Shown here: piece by piece, positions 1 to 14,648 of the stretch
How the letters are laid out: each line of letters opens with the position of its first letter
Numbering within the stretch: the stretch's first letter is position 1
Origin: Lama guanicoe
Lineage: Eukaryota
Direction of reading: 5' to 3'
Assembly: GCA_013239625.1 (NCBI GenBank)
Contig: MU053810.1
Span: forward strand, 3,752,071 to 3,816,070
DNA length: 64,000 nucleotides
Translations under genes and position numbers: made by a program
The notes under the pieces: model-generated
Told to the model about the DNA's origin: nothing
The model's input: the letters and a program-made list of their open reading frames with translations, nothing else
Database searches by the model: none

Positions 1-3000
1 CCTTAGGGAGGGAGGTGTGAAACCAGGCCAACTCGCTCCTCAAGAGCAAAGACAATGAATGCTTCTTTACTGTGGCCTCCCCCCACCCCCACCCAGCCCT
101 CTCTCCCAGGAGCCAGCACCATCCTGGGTGCTGTGAGAGTGTCCACCACGTCCTGGGTGAGGGGGTGAGTATGGGAGCAAGTGCAAGAGGGAGGCTCTGG
201 TCTGAACACTGAAGAGGGTTCGTTTCCTCACCCGGGAAATGAAAGGGCTGGGTCAGAGAGCACGCACTCCTGCAGGTGTGTTCGGGTTTGCTGGGGGATC
301 CACGTGATGGTTCAGAGACCCGGGAGGCAGAACAAGTGCCGCTCATCCTCATCCACAGCTCAGAGAAGTGAGGCTCGGTGAGGTTGTCACCTGCCCTGTT
401 ATTCCATAACCTTCGGGTGCCAGGAGCATGACGACAACCTGGAGGCAGCCCATGACTCCAAACCGTTTACTCTTTCCTCTCTCCCATGTGGATGCTTCTC
501 TGGGGGATTTCTAAGTCTTCTACAGTTTGAGACAGAAGATAGAGGAGGATGAGGGGGGGAGGAGGGAGAAGGGAAGGAAAGAAAATCGAATCTATGCCTT
601 TGTGTGCATATGTACCTTTCCACATCTCCTTGCTAAGATGACTCATGAGAAAGTGTCCTTACTGCATCACTGGCAAGTTGGAAAGAAAATAGTTTATAGT
701 GATCCTAGTTAGACTCACAGCCCTGTGTCCACATTATCTATTTCCTGAAGGAGCTTAAATAATCCAGAAATCATGGCAGACGACTGGCCTTGAGCAGTCA
801 CCACAGTGGCTGGCCTTCTGTCCTGGGCAGAATCACATGGACTTGTCCTATCCTGCGAGCCAGGTCCCCTTCCTTGGTGACTTTGTAGAAATTCTCTCAC
901 AGTCCAGCCAAATCAGAAACTGGCTGACGTGAGGGAATTCTCTTAATGCAGGGAGAACGCAATTTCTCTCTGCCTGGAGTGTGTAAAACACGAACGACAT
1001 AGCATAGAGCAGCTCTTAAATCACTTATATTTCCCCTTTTTATGATGCCATTGCAAATTAGCTGTTTTTTGCATTTGTAATTAGAGGCTTGAACAGATGG
1101 GGAGGCCGCAGTGTAAGGGGATAAATTTGCAAATGTGCAATGGCTATGCAGGATCTCCTGGCCGTAAGTCACCCAAATGCTTCCCAGAACAAGTCTCTTG
1201 CCCCCATCACCCCCAGCAACCTCTCTCCCATTCGGGGAGACTCCTGCTTACCAATGAGGGCGCCTTCCCAATTACCGCGGGGAAACCTCCAAAATGGATG
1301 CCACATTTCTCACAAGTATTCTTCAGCGCTCATCTTGATCTCGAACAAGTCACAAGAACTCTATCCATCGCATGTAAACCTGGGGCACTGGTTTGAAAGT
1401 CACAAAACTAAGCATATTCAAACAAGAGCTGGTCATAAGTCAGGCGGTATTAGGGAGAGAAGTAGGGATCACTGCTTATCGCCAATGTCTTGTTTTGTCT
1501 GGAAAACAAATTCCAAGGAAATAATGCAAATGGATCTTGAATGTTTTGTGCGGCTTGGTGTCTGCCACACAGGAAGCGCTTAATCATACGTGTGAAAGGA
1601 CGCTTGGCAGGGGGGATAAAATACAGAGGAGCTGAAAGGTCATTTTGTTGTACAAGCCTCTTCCTGGAGAATCCAACCAAACCAGGGATTCCCCCATCTT
1701 AGGCTGAGCCCCTGGACCCTGGGAGCTGCCCCAGAGCCAGGAGCCAGGCAGGGTCCACCCTGTCCCAGGAACGCTCCAGCTCCCACTGCCCCCAGCTGGA
1801 CCAGTCACCCCCTTTCTTTCCCAGAGTATCTCCTCTGCTCTGAGAGCCCATCCAGCTGCAACCAAGAAATTGGAAGGCCTCAGAAAATGAAAGGTAAACT
1901 TTCCAAAAGTTCAGCCCGTTTTCCAACCCCGCAGGAAGCAGTTTACGTCTGGGGTATCGGATAGCCGTTTGGGCCCAGTTAACACATCTCTCCCACCACA
2001 AATCACCCCGTCGCATTCTCAGATGACACTGGCCAAATAAACACTGGGATCGGAAGGCGCTGCTGCCCTTTGCTGAAATGTAAAACGAGGTAGGGGAAAC
2101 TGGATATAGGACCTTGGCCTGAGAATCAGGAACTGATCTCAAATCCACTTGGAATCCTGCTCCTGTTCCCTCTGCCGTGAAAATGCAATTCTGGCTACAC
2201 AGCATATGGGTAATAGCGCACGGCCCTCCCTCACCATCGGTCCTGTCCAACCGAAACCAGCCTGCAAAGAGCTGCTGACAGCCAACAGCTGAAGGAAGAC
2301 GTTCTCACTGGTAGTGGGGAGCAAACGTTTGTGCGCCGGGAGTCGTGGATGGGTTAGGGCATTTTAGGCTCGTTTTGCAAACTAAAACCCTCCATGTGTT
2401 ACCATTTGGAGAAAACAGAGAAAACAATATTGTAAAAGAAGGGAGTCCTAAGGAAGGATAAGCTATGCTCAGGGATCAGTTTAAACTTTTCTTTTTTAAT
2501 TGAAATATAGTTGATGTGTGGCTTAAACATCTTAAAAACACGATCCCCAGAGCAGCAGGGAGGAAGCTTAGCTTTGTCCCTTGTCATCTGACATTTCTTT
2601 TAGGACAATCCAGCATCTTTTTCAGGTAAATGCTTGATGTGGGTGACAAAACCTACTACGGTGAAATAAGGGGGAGAAACTGGCTTGCTAAATAATGGAA
2701 TATAATTAAGGAATTCTTTCAAAAATATTAGATCCATTACATTCATCTACACCCTGATACTAAAAACACATGTTTACTTGACCTAATAGGTGGATTAGTT
2801 GATCCTTGGGTAACATTTGTTTGCTTTTTCCACATCTTGTTGGCAGGTTACAAATCTTCACCAGCCTGCCAAGGTGTACAGTTGCTTGTGAAAGGTGGTC
2901 CATGGTAAATGAGTACGTTACACAGAGAAGACTCTTCTCTACAGTGGCGTCCTCCGGGCCTCTGCCTTTTGTCTGGCCTCGGTCTCACAGGATTCCCAGC

Positions 3001-3939
3001 CTCCCGAGAGTGAAGGAGGCTGCTCGTAAAGCTACAAGCTAGACTCGGCTCCAGTAACTTGTCCGTTTAACAGACATGCTGTAGTAACAAGTGCCAACCC
3101 CTCCTTCACGTGTATTATTTTCTGACCTCTATATAATCTATTAACAACAGGAGAAATAACAGATCTTTTTTTGCCCAACCTGAGGGTCCACAACACCTGT
3201 GTCTTTATCAGAAACTCTGGGATGGGAAGAAAACTGCAAATAATGATACTCAGAACAGACAGCATGCTCTTCTGGAATTAAATATTACACCAGGATGAGT
3301 GTTACATCTGTCTCCAGAACTGCCTGGCTATTTAAGATTAAACATACCAACACACAACAAATATTAACACCAAAGGGAGAACTGATTTCATAGGGAATAC
3401 ACAGGGTGCCAGAAATCATTTAAAATGGTAATAATACTAACATGTTGAACACTTACATTCCAGAGACTATTCTAGATGCTTGGATACATTCCTCATTTCA
3501 TTATTTCTATAATTCTTTGGAGGACTATTATTATCTCTCCTGTGGAGATGAACCCTGAGGCTGGAACATGAGGTAACCTACCCAATCCCAGGGTCACTTG
3601 GATAGTAAATGGTGAGGCTGTGATTTCAACCTGTATTTGTATAAATATGTGTCAAAAGTCACTCCCTTTTTCCTGTAGGTCTTAGCTCAGTCTGGAGAAA
3701 TCCCACTCTGATTTTGTATGAATTTTTAAATTGCTACAATTTAAGTTTACCATGTTAGCATCCGGAATTCATAGTCTTTCCAGGAGGCTTGAACAATATA
3801 CAAAAACTACAGTGGGTCTCAGGTGGTGGAATTTCAGAGGATTTTTGTTTTTTTCTTTCCTTTGTGCTTTTCTATAGTAAGTTTCCCGTATTAAATAATG
3901 TTACATTTACATTGAGTAGAAAATTGAAACTTTTTTCTT

Positions 3940-4078
3940 CTAATTTTTTGATGTAGCTATAATTGACATATAACATCGTATTAGTTTTAGGCGTACAACA
4001 TAATGACTTGATATGTGTATATATTGTGAAATGATCACCACAATAAGTTAACATTCCTTCACCTCACAGTTACAAATT
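3940..4078 (-). mobile_element. L1 3' end fragment
   Basis: ATAATTGACATATAACATCGTATTAGTTTTAGGCGTACAACATAATG matches a reversed L1 3' terminus. Confidence 0.7.
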
Positions 4079-6383
4079 TTTATTATTATTTGAAATTATC
4101 ACTAATTCTTAAATTATTTTGGAAACTAGTTATTTTGTCAAAATGTGTTATTTGTACCCATGAACAGTTTTATTATTATTATTTTTAAATGAGCCAATAA
4201 GTAATTAAACTTCTTGGTCTGAATTTCCAGTACAGTAAATGGTGATTAATACAAACTGATAGAAACAATTACTCTTTAAAGTCTTCAGTAATTAGATTGT
4301 AAAGGGGTTCTGAGACCAAAATATCTGAGAACAGTGAGAGGATACAGCAGGATTTGAAGATGGAATTCTAAATTCAAGTTTCAATTCCATCACTTAATTG
4401 ACTTCAATTTTAGATAAGTTATGTAAGTGCGGGCTCCAAAGTCAGGCTGTCTGGGGTTATAATTTTGGCTCCACTGCCTGCTGGTTGCATGACTCTGGGT
4501 GAGTCATTTTACCTTTGTAAACAGGAATGACTGTAATACCCCCTCATCAGGTTGCTGTGAGGATTAAATGGCATTATCCTTCTTAAATGCTCACTACTCT
4601 TCCTGGAGCAGAGCAAGAGTTCAGTAAATGCTAGCAACTATTATTAGACTCAAACATTCTAAAACAGGGGAAAAGTTCCTTCCTTTTTCATCCTCTTGTG
4701 GCTCAAAACTGTCCGTCGTAACTACATATGATTCTAAAGGGCTGGCAGCTACAAGAAAAACAACCTTCTCCATCCTCACCACCCGCTTCCATTGAAGTCA
4801 AAATGGATCACTTTTATTTTCCAGAAGGAGGATGCAAGCAAGGCAAGTTGTGACTCTGAAGCGACAGGAAAATTATAGAGGTTGCAGGTTGACACAGGGG
4901 CCAGGAAGGACACCAGGAAGACTCAGACAGCCAGGCTCACATGATGCCTAAGACCCGTGGGACCTGGGAGACATCCTGGTCCCCTAATTAAGCCCAAACC
5001 TGGCTCCTCCCCTGTCCCCCTGCCACACCATATGGTCCACAAGAACCCCATATCCCAACGTCTCTGGAGCTCCCCAGTCCTACAAAAAGCATCCTTCCGT
5101 CTCTATCTCCTCCCCTCCCTTCTGGGGGCTGGCAGTGCCCTTCTCTGTCAAACCCATCAATAGACAGATGAAGGCCTTCCAGGAACAGTTCCAGAGCCTC
5201 CGGAGTGAGAGGCCTCCCGGCACCGGGGCTGGTAGCCTGCCTTCTCTTGCATTAAACGTGAACTATTCTGAGGTGCCCAGCGCCCCCTCGTGGGCCCTTC
5301 CTAATGCCAAATACCATAGACGGAATAACCTCTTTATCCACAGGAGAAGATGCCTTTCTTGAGGAGCAAGCAGGTTACAAAACAATGGTTCTAATCTATA
5401 GAAACCTTCTCTGCTCCCTCACGCTCCAAAATATTTTTCTAAGAAGGTAGACAGAGTAGAAAGAAAACTGTTAAGCGAAGAGCCACCTCACTTTACAACA
5501 GTGTTCAGTTTGTCTAGAGTCCCCAGTAAGATTCCCTAACACAGAAACAGAATGAAACAGGCTATGGAGTAAACAGTGATGCAGAGATGGGACCAGAAAA
5601 AGCAAAGGCAGGAGAGATGTGGACACAGCAATGGCTGCGGCGTGACCCAGCTCTGGCACCTTGAGCTGCTGTTTTATATTTGAATGTTAGTTCAAGAGCA
5701 ATGAATGGAAGCTCAAGAGCATAAGAATGCCCTTTGAGGAGACGCACAAGCAGAATGGTCACCCTGCTTTTCTGCAGTGGCCCTCCCCAGGCAGTAAAGC
5801 TACAAACCTCAGACGAGGGGAGAAAATGTCTCTATTCTGAGCACAGCCACGTCTCTCTGGAAAGCCACGCCTTTTCAGGCTGCAGCTGCCTCCAGAGGCC
5901 CGGAAGGAGTCCGAGCCACAGATTCTGGCTCCTTCCACAGCCAGAGACCCCACTCTCCTTAAATGGCAGATTGTTCCAACGGAAAACCTCTTCTGTGCAG
6001 TCAGCCCAGGATGCAAGCAGACTGCTTTAGCTCGTAACTTTCAAAGGCAGGCCATCATAACCTAGAACTCTGGGAAACATCGCCAGGAAATCATAAAAGC
6101 TTGCGTTTAGCCAAAGTGGCATGTTCTTGTATCAGTCATTCACGCAAACCCATACAAATGCAATTTTAACAGCTGTTAGTACACACGTGAGCTGGTAGAG
6201 CATCTCCATTAATAACTGTCTGCTCGTTCTGGGAGACTGGGACGACCTCGTCTTAGCAACGGGCTCAAGTTCAGGGTAGGCTGGGAATAGTATTTCCACT
6301 TAGACATTTTTAAAATAACATTAGTAGAGGCTTGAAAAGTTCCTGACAAATGGCAGGACATAAATATGTGACCAGTGTGACTG

Positions 6384-6493
6384 GTTTTTTTTTTTAACAT
6401 TTTTATTGATTTATAATCATTTTACAATGTTGTGTCAAATTCCAGTGTTCAGCACAATTTTTCAGTCATTCATGGACATATACACACTCACTG
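6384..6493 (-). mobile_element. Very short 5'-truncated L1 3' end
   Basis: Poly(T) followed by L1 3'UTR sequence shared with 42727-43109; TSD AGTGTGACTG at 6374-6383 and 6494-6503. Confidence 0.75.
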
Positions 6494-7209
6494 AGTGTGA
6501 CTGTTTTTAACCCATTCGCATAGGCAGTAATTACTCCTTGGTCTTATTTGATACATGTTAATTCCTACCTTGTCCAAATTGACTCAGCTTGAGGTCCCTG
6601 TGTCTCTTAGTGACAATGGTGAAACTAAGAGGAAAGGTAACATTTTCTAAGGAAAAACAACTCCTAGATGTATCCCAGAGGAAGAAGAGGCTGCCCTCAG
6701 GGCCAGGGGGTGGCGGCGTGGCTCCAGGTACAGGGAGAAACTGAGGGCAGCTGGGCAGGGGCTGGAATATCCTGGCACCAACCTTTTCATTGGTGATTGC
6801 CCATCTCATTAATAGAAGAAAGCTCAAGGAGGGGGGAAGACTCTTCCTGGTCAGCCTGGGTATAACCCTCTTCTGGCTATGCCTGGAGGTTCAGGCCCAG
6901 GTAGAGCTGTTAAGTATGCTGATGACAGCATTTATCTTTTAATTGTACATTTGATGTAAAGTTCTTATCACAATATTATAGGAATAACTTTAAATGCAGG
7001 CATGGCCATACATTCAAAACAAGGTCCATGGAGGTTGTGTTGGAAAAGCAGAGAGGAGACAGAGACTGGGTGATTCAGGTGCTAAAATACTTCTGTCTGC
7101 AGTATCGAGTTTACTGCAGTTCAAGAAATAATTTGAAAAAAAAAAGAAATTGTTAAATGTAAAAAGAGAGAAAATAAATAATTTGCCCTACAAGATCTGG
7201 TTGGTTGTC

Positions 7210-7972
7210 ACCTGTCACAATGGCTATCATAAGGAAGAAAAGAAATAACAAAAGTTGGTGAGGATGTGGAGAAAAGGGAACCCTCGTACGCTGTTGGTGG
7301 GAAGGTAGATTAGTGCAGCCACTATAGAAAACAATATGGAGGTTTCTCAAAAAACTAAAAAATAGAACTACCATATGACTCAGCAATTCTACTCCTGGAT
7401 ATAGATCTGAAAAAAACAGAAACACTATTTCCAAAAGCTACATGCACCCTAATGGCCATAACAGCATTATTTACAATTGCCAAGGTATGGAAACAACCCA
7501 AATGTCCATCCGTAGATCACTGGATAAAGATGTGGTAAATATACCAATGGAATACTATTCAGCCACGAAAAAGAGTGAAATTTTGCCATTTGCAGCAACA
7601 TGGATGGACTTGGAGGGCCTTATGCTAAGTGAAATAAATTAGACAGAGAAAGACAAATATCGTATATATCATTTATATGCTGAAATCTAAAAAATACAGC
7701 AAACTAGTGAATATAACAATAAAGAAGCTGATTCACAGATATAGAGAACAAACTAGTGGTTATCAGTGAGGTGAAGGAAAGGGGGAGGGGCAATAAAATG
7801 AAAAGGCATTAAGAGGTACAAACTATGGTATAAAATAAGTTACAAGGATATATTGTACAACATGGGGAATATAGCCAATATTTTATATCTGTAAATGGAG
7901 TAACTGTGAATCACTATATTGTACACCTGTAACATAATATTGTACATCAACTATATTTCAACTAAAAAGAAA
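7210..7972 (+). mobile_element. 5'-truncated L1 (ORF2 C-terminus + 3'UTR)
   Basis: ORF2 tail MEYYSATKKSEILPFAATWMDLEGLMLSEI; A-rich tail; TSD AAGATCTGGTTG[G/T]TTGTC at 7192-7209 and 7973-7990. Confidence 0.9.
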
Positions 7973-8326
7973 AAGATCTGGTTGTTTGTCTCCAGTGTGC
8001 CCTTGGTGATGGTTGGGAAATCAGCCCACGTGCCCACGTTCTGACATCTCTCTGAAATACTGGCTACTAACCACTCAGTTTGTTGACATCATTGTCTAAT
8101 TGTAAGCAGTTAGGTAATTACTGACACCATTAACTTAGGCCAAGGAGTTGTGCCCCCCAAACCACAAACCACTTTAAAAGAAAAGTAATCTTTTATGTTT
8201 CATTCATTACCCACTGCTTTGCATTCGCTAAGCCTGGACACACTCTAGTACAAGAAGGTAAAATGAGTTCACTGCTCTCAAAGTGAGTCAGTTCCAGGCC
8301 CTTGTTCCCACCCTAGACCCACAGAG

Positions 8327-8499
8327 CAGTGGCCTCAGACTTCAGCGGGCATCAGCATCACCTGTGTTCCGGTGATTTCTGGGCCTCACAAAGTTCCTGA
8401 TGCAGCAGCTTTGGGGTAAAACCTGAGACTCTTGCATTTGCAACAAGCTCCAGGTTGTACTGATTCTGCTGGTCTGGGGCCACCCTTTGAGAACCACTG
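8327..8499. mobile_element. hAT-Charlie MITE (MER5A-like)
   Basis: CAGTGG...GAGAACCACTG terminal inverted repeats; internal GCATCAGCATCACCTG and TGCATTTGCAACAAGCTCC. Confidence 0.75.
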
Positions 8500-11400
8500 A
8501 CCTAGAACTGGAAGAAATCTCCCACTCCCACTAGCCTGACTCTTTCTTTCCCAGCATTTGTGCCTCAAAGAAAACACAGCAGATAGTCCTCACTGCTGAA
8601 AAGTTAACTTCCATTTTGACTCATAACTGAAGGAGATACGCAGTTTTGAGAATTTCTGGATTGAAGTCTCTTTGTCATAACCCATGGGCTTTCCATTTTA
8701 GCCTTCTTCATGCCCTGGAAAGGTTAGCACTAGAAACAAGGAAAACACTGAATTCAGAAATGGGTCGCAGCTACCACCACACTGAGGGCATCTGCGCCAC
8801 ATAAAGGTACACGCCACTATTTTCTCCTCCTAGTCTCTGTACTGAATGTATTCCAAGTCAGCAGAATCTCTAAGATGTCTAGGACTGAAAATGAAAAGTG
8901 AAGTGTTAAGATCTAAATGCAGCAATTCAAAAGAAAGGATTCAGAAGCACATGATCGCTTTTTCACTCTAAATTGCCCATTTTAGCACAGGATTTTTAAG
9001 TTGGAAAAGAGATAGCAAACTCTACCTGTAACTGCATCAAAATGACTCTCCATTCACTCACTGGGCAGCCTTGCAGATACAAATGGGCTAATGTTTAATT
9101 ACGTGTGTAATTAACATGTAGTTACATGCTCAGGATGCAGCTTTGTGTCAGGAAGATGCCCTCACCATGAACTCTGCAGTCAGGGTCATGAAGGTTTGAC
9201 AACCTCAGCGAAGACCTTAGCCCCAGTCCATGTTCATTCACTGATTACTTTCCATCAGCATAGTTAATGATGGGGACAGCATAGCAAGGACCACCTCTAC
9301 AGCTGCCCCCACACAGGTCTCAGTGATTGGACTGTTGGGGGGAAAAAAAAGACGGAATGAACACATCCAAATTCAGTTGTAGGCGTAAGTTCCAGAGTCT
9401 GTCAAAAATTCTGTCAAACTATTTCACAGTTAAATGTACTATTGTTCTTTATATTGTTTATATTTAATTTACATCATGTGCTTTATTCATTATGGGTTTT
9501 AGAGACTGGGTTTTTAGAGGGTATTGGCCATGTTTTCCTTGAGTTTCAAGACAGTATATATCATAGTTTTGTGAGATGATGAAGTATGGGGATCCTGCTC
9601 CTGAGAACTGAGAGAAGGAGGGGGAAAGAAGAAATCTTAGGACTCCAAGAAAGAAGAACATGGAGCTCCAAGCGGGGCGTACTCACCGAGGGCAGACTGG
9701 ACAGGAATTGGGAGCAAAATATGGGAGGCAGGGAATTCACAGATGAAACCACTCTGTAGGACCAGGGTGTTCCTTCCACACATAACATAAGATGGTTATT
9801 TGGAAAGTCCAGATTTACACCTCTCCCCAGAAGAAATTTCCTCAGTGTTGAGAAGGATGCTCCTGTCTGAACCCAAAGAAAGTGAGTGCATCTCTCTGCA
9901 TGCACAGCAGCGATGTGCTCACAGCACCCAGTAAACAGCAGCTGTTACAACAAAACATTCACCAGGAATTGACGCTCGAATGTTTTGCAGTGTTGCTACA
10001 TAGAGCTGGACGTTGACCCAAGTGCAGGTGAAGTGACGGATGGGGGAGATGTTTTCTAGGACTCAGATTGACAGCTCTGCCTCCAGAAACCCAAAGCTGT
10101 CAAATGCCACATATTTGCTTTTCTTGTTGATATATTTTAATTTTGCCTTGTTCCGCAAATAATTTGAAGACGCTTATAAGGTGCATGTCCCTTTAAAATA
10201 AGAAAGTGTGAATACAAAGGGTGAGGGCTAATATGGGTAGATGGGATCAGAAAGCTTCGTGCAATTTCTAAAACTGGAGACTAGGCCAGAAATGGGCTTT
10301 TCAGCTGCAAAAAAAAAAAAGCAAAATTCATGTTGTCCATCAAAAGAAAATATACCAAATCACCAGAAGAAAGGCTTTTCCCAAATATTGGGTTGAAAAT
10401 AATTCCTAAAGGAGATGGCCTGGCCATGCTGGTTTAACCTCATCCTTCCAGTTGAGTCCATCAAGGGAAGAAGTCAAACTGATGTCAGAAAACCTGCGTT
10501 TGAGTGGTGGTTCCAGTTAAGCGATCTTGGGTTAGGCACTTGCCTCTTATAAAGTGGCAAAGCATACTCCTCACCTGGCATGAGAATCCAGATGAGACCA
10601 ATGAAGATCACAAAGTGCTCTCCAAAGGAAAAGCATTTAAAAATCATGTTGTATTTATTCCTATTTTAGCTTTCCTTGCATGAGGTCATGCGTGCCTTTC
10701 CGCGCATCCTCCTGGGTCTCTGAGGTCCACAGGTGCATCTCTGGATTCAAACCCAGCCTACATCCTGGAGAGCTGATTTACTCTGGGGGCTTGCGCTCAG
10801 TTGTCAGTAACTGCAAACAGTCCCTGATTTATTACAACCTTTCTCAAGTTCAGTCTCTTGGCCAGTAAGTCAGAGATTAATCTGAGAAGCTCATTCTGTG
10901 TTCATTTGTCACGATTTCTACTTTTTGCCCAGCTCACTCCACTGTCCTTTCTCACCATCCTTTCTTCGTGATGGAGCCCAACACAGATCCCAGGAAGGCT
11001 CAGCACAGACAGCACAATCTAAGGCAGAACACTGGCAATGAACGCAATTTTCCATATTCATTTCTTTAAAAGTCACTACCCTTTGTGCTTAAAACCACAC
11101 AGAGATGACATCAACTGCTTACTCTGAAAGGTTCAATATAATGAAAGATTGTTTTTAATCCCCAAATTCCAAATGCCGAAGATAAAATACTAACTCTGGA
11201 AAAAGCGTTACAAAGCCAAGGTGAAATCTTACCAAGTGAGCATCAAAAACAGAGGCTCAGACGTGTAACTAACACGCTAACATTATGGGAATCTGTCTAT
11301 TTGTACTTTGGTGTTGGGGGTGGTGGCTGGACTGCCTAAGATGATAAAATCTCTACTTGAAACAAAGGAACTCATGCAAAACGAAAGAAGAATGGGCTAT

Positions 11401-13458
11401 CCGTTTCTTGTCCTGTAATTTTTCATCAGCTCTGCTTCCTCCTCTCGTGACACATGGGGACAGGTCCTCCAGGGGAGGGAGCTCAATGGCTCAAGTTTGT
11501 CAGCCACACGAGTGCATTTCATCTGTGAGGTCACCATGTGGAAAACTGCTGTTTCAAGGCACTAATCATGGGAGAATGAATCTAAGTGATACTTTCTTCG
11601 CACTTCAAGAGACATGATGTCTTCTATTTAAGGAATTTATTTCATTGATGACAAAATCCATCCCAGATTCCAGTAATTTCCCTGCATTTTATTTTTTAAG
11701 ACAAGGCATGAAATAGCAAGTATATTAATACTTTATCTGAAAAATTTCTGGTAACTCATAGATTAACTTTCTAGATAGAGCGGCCTTGCTTCTGTAAAAT
11801 CCCCAACTTAAAAAGAAAAAAAATCTGCCACCTTGGATGGCAAACTTTCTAAAATGAATTATATATGTAAATGATTTACCAAGGAATTTCAATTCTTGGA
11901 GGATGTAAAGACAGTATTTTCCCCTCAACCACAACTTTCAGTGGTGCTATGTCAAATGAGTTTCTCCCTTCTCCTAGTGATGTCCTAGGCATAAAATGTA
12001 ATTTCTGGTTATTTTCAGTTATTAAAACATAGCTGAATTCTAAGCTCCCTCTGTCCTTGATACAGGGTAAGTTTGTGGGCCAAGAGCTAAGCACGGGGTC
12101 TGGGGCAGGGGTTTCTTATTCATTCTTTCTCCTATCCTAGCATGTTGGATTTGGCTAGAGTGTGGGAGGGGCTGCTGGCCCCACTCCTGGTCCAGCTGCT
12201 CTCCAGTGGGGAGGAAGAGGAAGGATAAGAGAAGTACCACTGTAGCAGTGTGCTCACAGCTCTTAATGAGTAGCAATTGTTATGATAATAAAATGTTTTC
12301 AGGAACTGATGTTTGAATGTCTTGCAATAACACTACATGTAGCTGGATATTCATCCAAGTGCAAGTGCTCAGATGGGTTTGACGTGTTGTAGAACTCAGA
12401 AGGACCACTCTCTGGCTTAGCCTTCAGTTTGGTCTAAGCGTTGGTGACATAGACTGATGTGGGAGACTCCACATCCTGCCTTATCCCCTTTAGTTGGGTG
12501 GTGTGCCACTCCCTCCCAGCCCCCTCTCACTGAAGACCCCTCAGAGCAAGAGTCTAGTCTCCCTTTGGCCTCTCCAGCAACCCACATCTCCAGCCCTTTC
12601 TCAGGACGGACTACCCCATCACTTGGCTTGGTGGCCTCCTAGAAATCTCAACAGCCCTTACTCCTTCTCTAGGTTCCATACTTCTTCTGGGGAGCCATGG
12701 GGATGACTGGGACAGTTTGCCCTTCTCTCAAGGAGCACAGAGAAGGTGTTAGCGTGGGACTGTAACCCACATCTTCCCAGGCCACTACCGTGGTTCGAGA
12801 CTTGCTGTGACACAGGACTCCACTGGGCACTCTAGACCAAACACTAACGATAGCCCCATGCGTCTGTATGCCCCAAACTCCAGAGAATTCATGTCAAATA
12901 CTCTGAAGAATTCTCTCACCACCTTTTGCTCTGACTTGTTAAGACTCCAGCCAGGGGATCAGAAGCAAGTTTCTTACAGGTACTGCAATTTCTATAAAGA
13001 ACTATCTTGGGGAAAAGGAGAGAATTAAGTTGGAAAGGTAAGGAAGGCAGACTTTGCTTAAGTCCTCCTCTGGAACACGTTTAACCTGATTAGGAAGTGG
13101 AACAGAATTAAAGTCCTCAGAGAAAAAACCAGCATGAATGTTGCGTCGCTTCTCCCAGAGAGAGTGACTCCTAAAATGTTCCCTCTGCAGAAGAAAAAGA
13201 GCCACATGTGATCTTCCCCGATCTCCACGGTTTATCATGAGTATGTGCTGCAGTTCTCTTTCAAGGTCTCTTAGCCTGAGAGAAGAAAGTTCCTTATGCA
13301 TCATGTCATACAACACAGAAAATACTGCCCCGTGGCCCAAAGAGAACCTTCAACTGCCTTGACTTGCCAGGCATTAGTATGTCAGGATTGATGGCGTGTT
13401 CCTCGGGTGGAAGTTAATGAGTGTGCATTCATGACTAAAGCATTTCATTAGTGATTTC

Positions 13459-13480
13459 TGTGTGTGTGTGTGTGTGTGTG
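13459..13480. repeat. (TG)11 microsatellite
   Basis: Read directly from the sequence. Confidence 0.95.
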
Positions 13481-13927
13481 GTGGTTGGTTAAAAACTGAC
13501 TCATACTGTTTAGTTAATGACTCAAGTCTAGTTAGAAAACTAAATCACAGACCTTTCCATTGAAGAGATGGCCTGACAAGCCAGAGTTAACGCAAACATT
13601 TTATCTCAACTACTAAATATATGTGCCTGTCTCAGCGCAGCGTGGCCCCCAAAAACATCGCTGAAGTTATCAGCCCACATGGATACTTTCATCCTATACT
13701 TTCTCATAGAAAAAAGGCTTCTTACTCTTGCGTGTAAGTACTAGGAAAATTTTACTTCCATGAGTAAATATTCACAATTTTGGTGGATTAAAGTGTTAAC
13801 CAAGGTAGTGCCTTTTGGAGACTAATTAAATACTGGTGATATTATTCGTTGGGAATCTCATTATCGTCAGATATCTCATCTGAAAGTTCAGCATTGTTTA
13901 CATAGAATGTGACACACTCTGCAAGGA

Positions 13928-14200
13928 GTTTTTTTTTTATTATTAATACACTTTATTTTTTAGAGCAGTTTCAGGTTCACAGAAGAATTGAGCAGAAAAT
14001 ACAGAGTTGGCCCATAGCCCTCCCCACCCACACATATATACTCCCCTACCTTCAACATCCCTCACCACTGTAGTTTATTTGGTACAATCGATGAACCAAC
14101 ATGGACACATTATTATCAACAAAAGTCCGTAGTTTACATTAGGGTTCACTCTTGATGTTGTACATTCTATGGGTTTTGACAGATGCATAATGACATGTTG
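13928..14200 (-). mobile_element. L1 3' end fragment
   Basis: Poly(T) then TTTTAGAGCAGTTTCAGGTTCACAG...AGTTTACATTAGGGTTCACTCTTG; flanked on both sides by CTGCAAGGAG. Confidence 0.7.
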
Positions 14201-14648
14201 GCTGCAAGGAGCTCTGATCACCTAATCAAAAGAAATGATTTCCAGCACATATTAACCTAGATGCAAATTTGCACAGTAAACTAGAAATTTAACGCCAGCA
14301 AAAGGATTTTTCATGCAGTAGGTCCAACCAATGAGTTTTTTAAAATTGAAGTATATTTTATTTAAAATATTATATTAGTTTCAGGTTTGCAATATAGTGA
14401 GTCAATATTTTTACAACCAGTGGGGTTTGATGAGGGTTTTCCTTCATGCCTATAATGCTCATTACCTCACTTGACTTCTTTAAGACCTGTTTCAAGTCTC
14501 ACCTCCTCTATGAAATGGAAGTTACAAATTCAAAATTGGAAGCTATAGTAATCACAGTTATGAGCTAAATAGCAATCTTAAAATAATGTAGGGCAAAGGG
14601 TAGACCTGGAGCTACAACCTGGAGTGAGGCTAAATTTAAGAAACTCCA

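Noticed and set aside
9095..9128. Two adjacent short palindromes (TTAATTAC..GTAATTAA; CATGTA..TACATG)
   Set aside because: Short and AT-rich; expected by chance in 64 kb.
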